From positions 148 to 64,147 of the forward strand of contig JBHGUY010000009.1 of NCBI GenBank assembly GCA_048976585.1: 64,000 nucleotides of DNA, in the 5' to 3' direction. Shown piece by piece: positions 59,918-64,000 of the stretch. The DNA comes from Sporolactobacillus sp. GTDB taxonomy: Bacteria > Bacillota > Bacilli > Bacillales > Sporolactobacillaceae. How positions within the stretch are numbered: position 1 is the stretch's first letter; the number at the start of each line of letters is the position of its first letter. The position numbers were made by a program, and so were the translations under genes. Under the pieces are notes generated by a model. That model saw only the letters and a list, made by a program, of their open reading frames with translations. It was not told where the DNA came from and ran no database searches.

Positions 59918-60949
59918 TCAAGATTTTATTAAGACCTTAATCTCTTCTCCGCCCATGACTGCTTCAAATGCATCTCTCCACTGGTCAAGCGGGAAGATCT
60001 TGGTGATCATTTTATCTGCATTTATCTTATTTTTTGTCAGAAGATCGAGAGCAATCAACCAAGAGCTCGGTTTCTGAGAACGACTGCCAATATAGGATAT
60101 TTCACGCTGAATAATCGATTCTTCATCAATTGGATTTGCTTTTTTAGCAAATAAACCCACCTGAGCAAAAGTTCCTTTCTTTCTCATCAGAGGCAGCCCC
60201 TGATTAACGGCCGGAATGGCACCCGAGCAATCGAATACGCGATTCACTCCATAGCCGTCTGTTAGCTGTAAGATGATCTGATTCAGATCTTCTTTCATCG
60301 TGTCGACAACCACATCTGCTCCCAGTTCTTTTGCCAGCTCCAATCGCGAATGATCCTTTGTAATGCCTGACATCACCGCAAAAGCTCCTTGTGCTTTGAC
60401 AACCTGTAATAGAAGAAGTCCAATCGGTCCGGGACCAAAAATAAGAACTTTATCATCCGCACTCACCGTTGTTTTTTCGAGAGCCGCGTGAACACAGCAG
60501 GAAAGTGGCTCGCTTAACGCTGCAGCTTCATAAGATAAACTATCGGCAAGCACATGACAACTTTCTTCTCTAGATAAAACATATTTCGCAAAACTGCCAT
60601 TTGCCTGAGTCCCAATCCCTTTTCGATGGCTGCAAAGATTGTAATCCTTCTCTTTACAGTAATCACAGGTTCCACAGGTCTCAAATGTTGTTTCACTTGT
60701 GACCCGATCCCCTACTCTAATCTTTTTCACATCCGGACCAATTTCAACAACTTTTCCTGAAAATTCATGGCCCAGTGTGACGGGGGTGGTTGGATTCTTA
60801 TATTCGCCTTTAAAGGTGTGTATATCCGAACCGCAAATACCTGTATAAGCAACGGCTATTTTGATCCGATCTCCATAAACTTGCGGTTCAGGGACATCCT
60901 TTAATATCATGTGATCAAAGCCTGGTTCTTCTTTTACTACTGCTTTCAT
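59918..60949 (-). CDS. D-arabitol-phosphate dehydrogenase-like Zn-MDR
   Basis: GICGSDIHTFKGEYKNPTTPV.LGHE, IIQREI.YIGSRSQ match the Enterococcus avium APDH sequence as recalled. Confidence 0.82.
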   Translation of the reverse strand: MKAVVKEEPGFDHMILKDVPEPQVYGDRIKIAVAYTGICGSDIHTFKGEYKNPTTPVTLGHEFSGKVVEIGPDVKKIRVGDRVTSETTFETCGTCDYCKEKDYNLCSHRKGIGTQANGSFAKYVLSREESCHVLADSLSYEAAALSEPLSCCVHAALEKTTVSADDKVLIFGPGPIGLLLLQVVKAQGAFAVMSGITKDHSRLELAKELGADVVVDTMKEDLNQIILQLTDGYGVNRVFDCSGAIPAVNQGLPLMRKKGTFAQVGLFAKKANPIDEESIIQREISYIGSRSQKPSSWLIALDLLTKNKINADKMITKIFPLDQWRDAFEAVMGGEEIKVLIKS

Positions 60950-62004
60950 TATTTATGCACCTCTAGATTTGGTATTATCATGACCTTATTGAAAGGTTGT
61001 TCACGCTTTATCATCATCTCGAACGCTTTTTTTGTATCTTTTATATCAAAACGATGAGAGATATATTTAGATAAGTTCAGTCGTTTTTGCTGAAGCATCG
61101 CAATCGTTGTTGTCCATGCTCTTCCTGGAAAAGGAGCGGTATAAGAATTCCAGCACCCTTTGAGTGTTAGTTCTCTGCGGAAAATGTTCTCAAACGCCTT
61201 CTCGCGCAGCGTTACATCCGCGTATGCAATCCCAACATATCCGACTTTTCCCTTTTTCTTTGGAATAAGCAAGGATTGTTCCTGCGTAAATTTTGATCCC
61301 GCACATTCAAACACGACATCAACGCCTGCATCATCTGTTATTTCTAGAACCCGCTGCTGCATATCCTCATCTTTGGAATTAATCGTATAGTGACAACCCA
61401 TATTCTTTGCATCAGTCAATTTTTCTGGAGCAATATCAATGGCAATAATGTCTTTCACCCCAGAAAGTTTCAACCATTCAATCACCAGCATGCCAATCGT
61501 TCCAATTCCAAAAACAGCGACTCGATCACCGACTTGAGGTGCGAGATTAAGAACCGCATGAAGAGCCACAGCAGACGGTTCAATCATAGCAGCGCTTTCA
61601 AAATCGAGCTCACCAATGGGGAGAACATTTTTTGCCGGCACATTTGCATATTCAGCAAAGCCGCCATAATAAACTGAGCCAATCATTTGATAGTCGTTGC
61701 ATAAAGAATAGTCACCACGCTCGCAAAACTCACAGTGTCCACATGGAATAAAGGGAATGACAACAACTCTATCCCCATTCTGAATATTGCTGACCTTTTC
61801 CCCTGTCTTCACAACAACACCGGAAAACTCGTGACCCATAATGGCTGGAAGAGGATACTTCCATCGCGTTTGCATTTTATGCGTATCCGATCCGCAAATT
61901 CCACAGGCTCTAACTTGAATTTGTACTTCGTCAGGTTTTAAAGCAGGAAGCTGTACGTCTTCAAGCTCAATAAAGTTATGTTCATGTAATACTGCTGCTT
62001 TCAT
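60949..62004 (-). CDS. Galactitol-1-phosphate 5-dehydrogenase-like Zn-MDR
   Basis: GICGSD, GHEFSG, CGHCEFC, GIGTIG, RRELTLKGCWNSY. Confidence 0.82.
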   Translation of the reverse strand: MKAAVLHEHNFIELEDVQLPALKPDEVQIQVRACGICGSDTHKMQTRWKYPLPAIMGHEFSGVVVKTGEKVSNIQNGDRVVVIPFIPCGHCEFCERGDYSLCNDYQMIGSVYYGGFAEYANVPAKNVLPIGELDFESAAMIEPSAVALHAVLNLAPQVGDRVAVFGIGTIGMLVIEWLKLSGVKDIIAIDIAPEKLTDAKNMGCHYTINSKDEDMQQRVLEITDDAGVDVVFECAGSKFTQEQSLLIPKKKGKVGYVGIAYADVTLREKAFENIFRRELTLKGCWNSYTAPFPGRAWTTTIAMLQQKRLNLSKYISHRFDIKDTKKAFEMMIKREQPFNKVMIIPNLEVHK

Positions 62005-62030
62005 TTACTACCACCCGCTATTTCAATAAA

Positions 62031-63302
62031 TTATAGAATCGTATGAATGAGTTGAGAAAATTTAAGAATAGCCCAGTTCAAAATATTTCCACCCATATCC
62101 AGTGAAGAAACTTCCGTCACGCCTTTGGGAAAGTTATAGACACCGCGCATCATTTCTGTATGAACCGGTCCAAAGTTGGTTGCCATCAGCAAAGCCAATG
62201 AAATAACGACCATTCCAGCCAGTACCGAGTGAATAATATTACCCTTTCTGCTTGCTACGATAAATGACACATAAAAAGGAATGGTTGCCAGGTCGCCAAA
62301 GGGCAGAACTTTATTCCCCGGAATAATGACTGCAAGTAAAAGAGTGATAGGAACCAAGATCAAACCCGTTGCAATATTCGCTGGATGACCAATTGTCAAG
62401 GCAGCATCAAGTCCAAGATTAATTTCACGCCCATGAAAATTTTTGCTGACTGTGTCTCGGATAGAATCAGATACTGGAATCAAACCTTCCATTAAAATCT
62501 TAACCATCCGCGGCATCAGGAACATGACACCACCAAGGGAGATACCGAGTTTAAAAGCCGCCCCAATATCATAACCACCAAGCAAACCGATAATAATGCC
62601 AATAAGTAAACCCATAATCGCCGGTTCTCCGAAAATTCCGAATCTTTTTTGGATCGTTTCAGGATCGGCTTTCAATTTGCCGATACCGGGTATTTTTGAA
62701 ATCACCCAGCCAATCGGCATTCCAATTAATCCACACGCTGCCGTTGACCCCGTTGGGCAAGTAATTCCTTCAAGTCCATAAAAGCCTTGGGTCAAAGGAG
62801 CACAACGATCGGCAATGATCAGAACGATGACTTCATAGATGAAAGCGCAAAGAATTGAAAACCACCAATTCCCCCCAGTGACGATATAGCCAGTTGCTCC
62901 AGCTGCAATAAAGTGCCAATAATTCCATATATCGATGTCTAATGTTTTTGTTGCTTTTAAAAGCAGCAAAACGATGTTCAGTAACAAACAAAGTGGAATG
63001 AGGATAGCTGCTACTGGAGTAGCCCAGGAAGCTGCCGCCGCTGACGGCCACCCTGTATCCAGAATGGTCAAATGAAGGCCAAAGTTCTTAACCATTGCAT
63101 GTGCTGCAGGCCCAAGACTATCAGTCAATAGTCCAATGACCAAATTGATTCCAACAAAGCCGATACCAATCGTAATTGCAGAACGAAAAGCCTTACTGAC
63201 ATTAACACGGAAGCAAACCGCAATAACAAAAATAGCTAAAGGCAGAATAACCGTTGCTCCTAAGCCTAATACATACTGGACTCCATTATAAAGCGCTGTC
63301 AT
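62031..63302 (-). CDS. PTS galactitol-family EIIC
   Basis: DTGWP, DIWNYWH, LGLDAAL, LPFGDLA. Confidence 0.92.
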   Translation of the reverse strand: MTALYNGVQYVLGLGATVILPLAIFVIAVCFRVNVSKAFRSAITIGIGFVGINLVIGLLTDSLGPAAHAMVKNFGLHLTILDTGWPSAAAASWATPVAAILIPLCLLLNIVLLLLKATKTLDIDIWNYWHFIAAGATGYIVTGGNWWFSILCAFIYEVIVLIIADRCAPLTQGFYGLEGITCPTGSTAACGLIGMPIGWVISKIPGIGKLKADPETIQKRFGIFGEPAIMGLLIGIIIGLLGGYDIGAAFKLGISLGGVMFLMPRMVKILMEGLIPVSDSIRDTVSKNFHGREINLGLDAALTIGHPANIATGLILVPITLLLAVIIPGNKVLPFGDLATIPFYVSFIVASRKGNIIHSVLAGMVVISLALLMATNFGPVHTEMMRGVYNFPKGVTEVSSLDMGGNILNWAILKFSQLIHTIL

Positions 63303-63322
63303 CTCTTTTCCCCCTCATGAAA

Positions 63323-63601
63323 TTATTTTAGATAGCCTAATATTTTTTCATCTAATTTATCCATACCAATTCCGCTGATGTATGCGGTTGCAATAACTGC
63401 CGGAATTTCATACTTCGTTGGCAAAATCGTTGTTGACACAATGAGATCTGCATCACTTTGCTTCGATTTCACTTCCGTGATTTTACATTGTTCTATTTTC
63501 GCATCCAACTTGTTATCCTTTATCAATTCTTCCACACGGCTTGCGACGACAGTTGACGTCGCGATACCCGCTCCACAAGCTACCAGTATTTTTTTAGTCA
63601 T
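63323..63601 (-). CDS. PTS galactitol-family EIIB
   Basis: VACGAGIATS phospho-Cys loop; alternative ATG at 63610. Confidence 0.9.
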   Translation of the reverse strand: MTKKILVACGAGIATSTVVASRVEELIKDNKLDAKIEQCKITEVKSKQSDADLIVSTTILPTKYEIPAVIATAYISGIGMDKLDEKILGYLK

Positions 63602-63616
63602 CTCATTCATCCCTAT

Positions 63617-64000
63617 CTATTTATTTTTTAAAGGCTCTGTCTTAAAGAGATCAATGATTCCATCGTTAGAAGCGGCAGCTACTAATCGCGAAACGACATC
63701 TTGATCTTGAATCAAACGGACTAATTCTTTAAGAACTTCTAATTGATTATGCGGATTATTAAGCCCAAGCATAAAAACCAGAGAGACATCCACTTGCTCC
63801 TTTCGATTTTCCATTAATTGAAAAGGAACTGTTGAACTTAGTGTCGCAATAGCGATGAATTCCTTCTTTACACATTCAGCATCCGTATGCGGAAGGGCAA
63901 CATTGTACCCACCAAGCTTTAGACCCGTGGGAAAATTTTCCTCCCTTTGAGTAAGGCGTGTCAGAAAATCGTCGGTGACAAAATCCTCTTGTTTCGCCTG
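63617..64000 (-). CDS. PTS galactitol-family EIIA (5' end outside the window)
   Basis: Open frame to the edge: REENFPTGL...VALPHTD. Confidence 0.88.
   Translation of the reverse strand, partial: QAKQEDFVTDDFLTRLTQREENFPTGLKLGGYNVALPHTDAECVKKEFIAIATLSSTVPFQLMENRKEQVDVSLVFMLGLNNPHNQLEVLKELVRLIQDQDVVSRLVAAASNDGIIDLFKTEPLKNK

Noticed and set aside
1-64000. IS elements, integrase, prophage, tRNA/rRNA, CRISPR-Cas
   Set aside because: No transposase, integrase, phage or structural RNA signature and no repeat-spacer array was recognised; the GH25 enzyme has a signal peptide and no holin or phage neighbours.

Overview
A GC-moderate Firmicutes (Bacillales-type; Sporolactobacillus-like is only a guess) chromosomal accessory region, with no rRNA, tRNA, CRISPR array or transposase recognised. 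In order, it holds: (1) an RpiR regulator with a fructose-family kinase and PTS IIBCA; (2) an orphan DUF1861/GT108-like gene; (3) a complete L-sorbose PTS operon with a divergent SorC; (4) an SH3b-GH25 autolysin, a GT2 synthase and a C69 dipeptidase; (5) a LysR gene and the nickel-pincer lactate racemase cluster larA-E-B-C-D; (6) a small ABC exporter; (7) a ~20 kb type VIIb secretion island; (8) a Crp/Fnr-cupin-ferredoxin module; (9) a LacI-controlled ABC + DUF1861 + GH130 beta-mannoside locus; (10) a D-arabitol-type PTS/pentose-phosphate operon running off the right edge. The most striking element is the T7SSb island. A module of two LXG partner proteins, an LXG toxin with a glycine-zipper C-terminus, six tandem paralogous multi-pass membrane genes (two subfamilies, two decayed) and three DUF5085-like genes sits between esxA and esaB. 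The esaA gene has an AT-rich central segment, essA appears to lack its membrane anchor, and the esxA and esaB promoters share the same motif geometry. Family assignments come from motif recognition by eye, not database searches.
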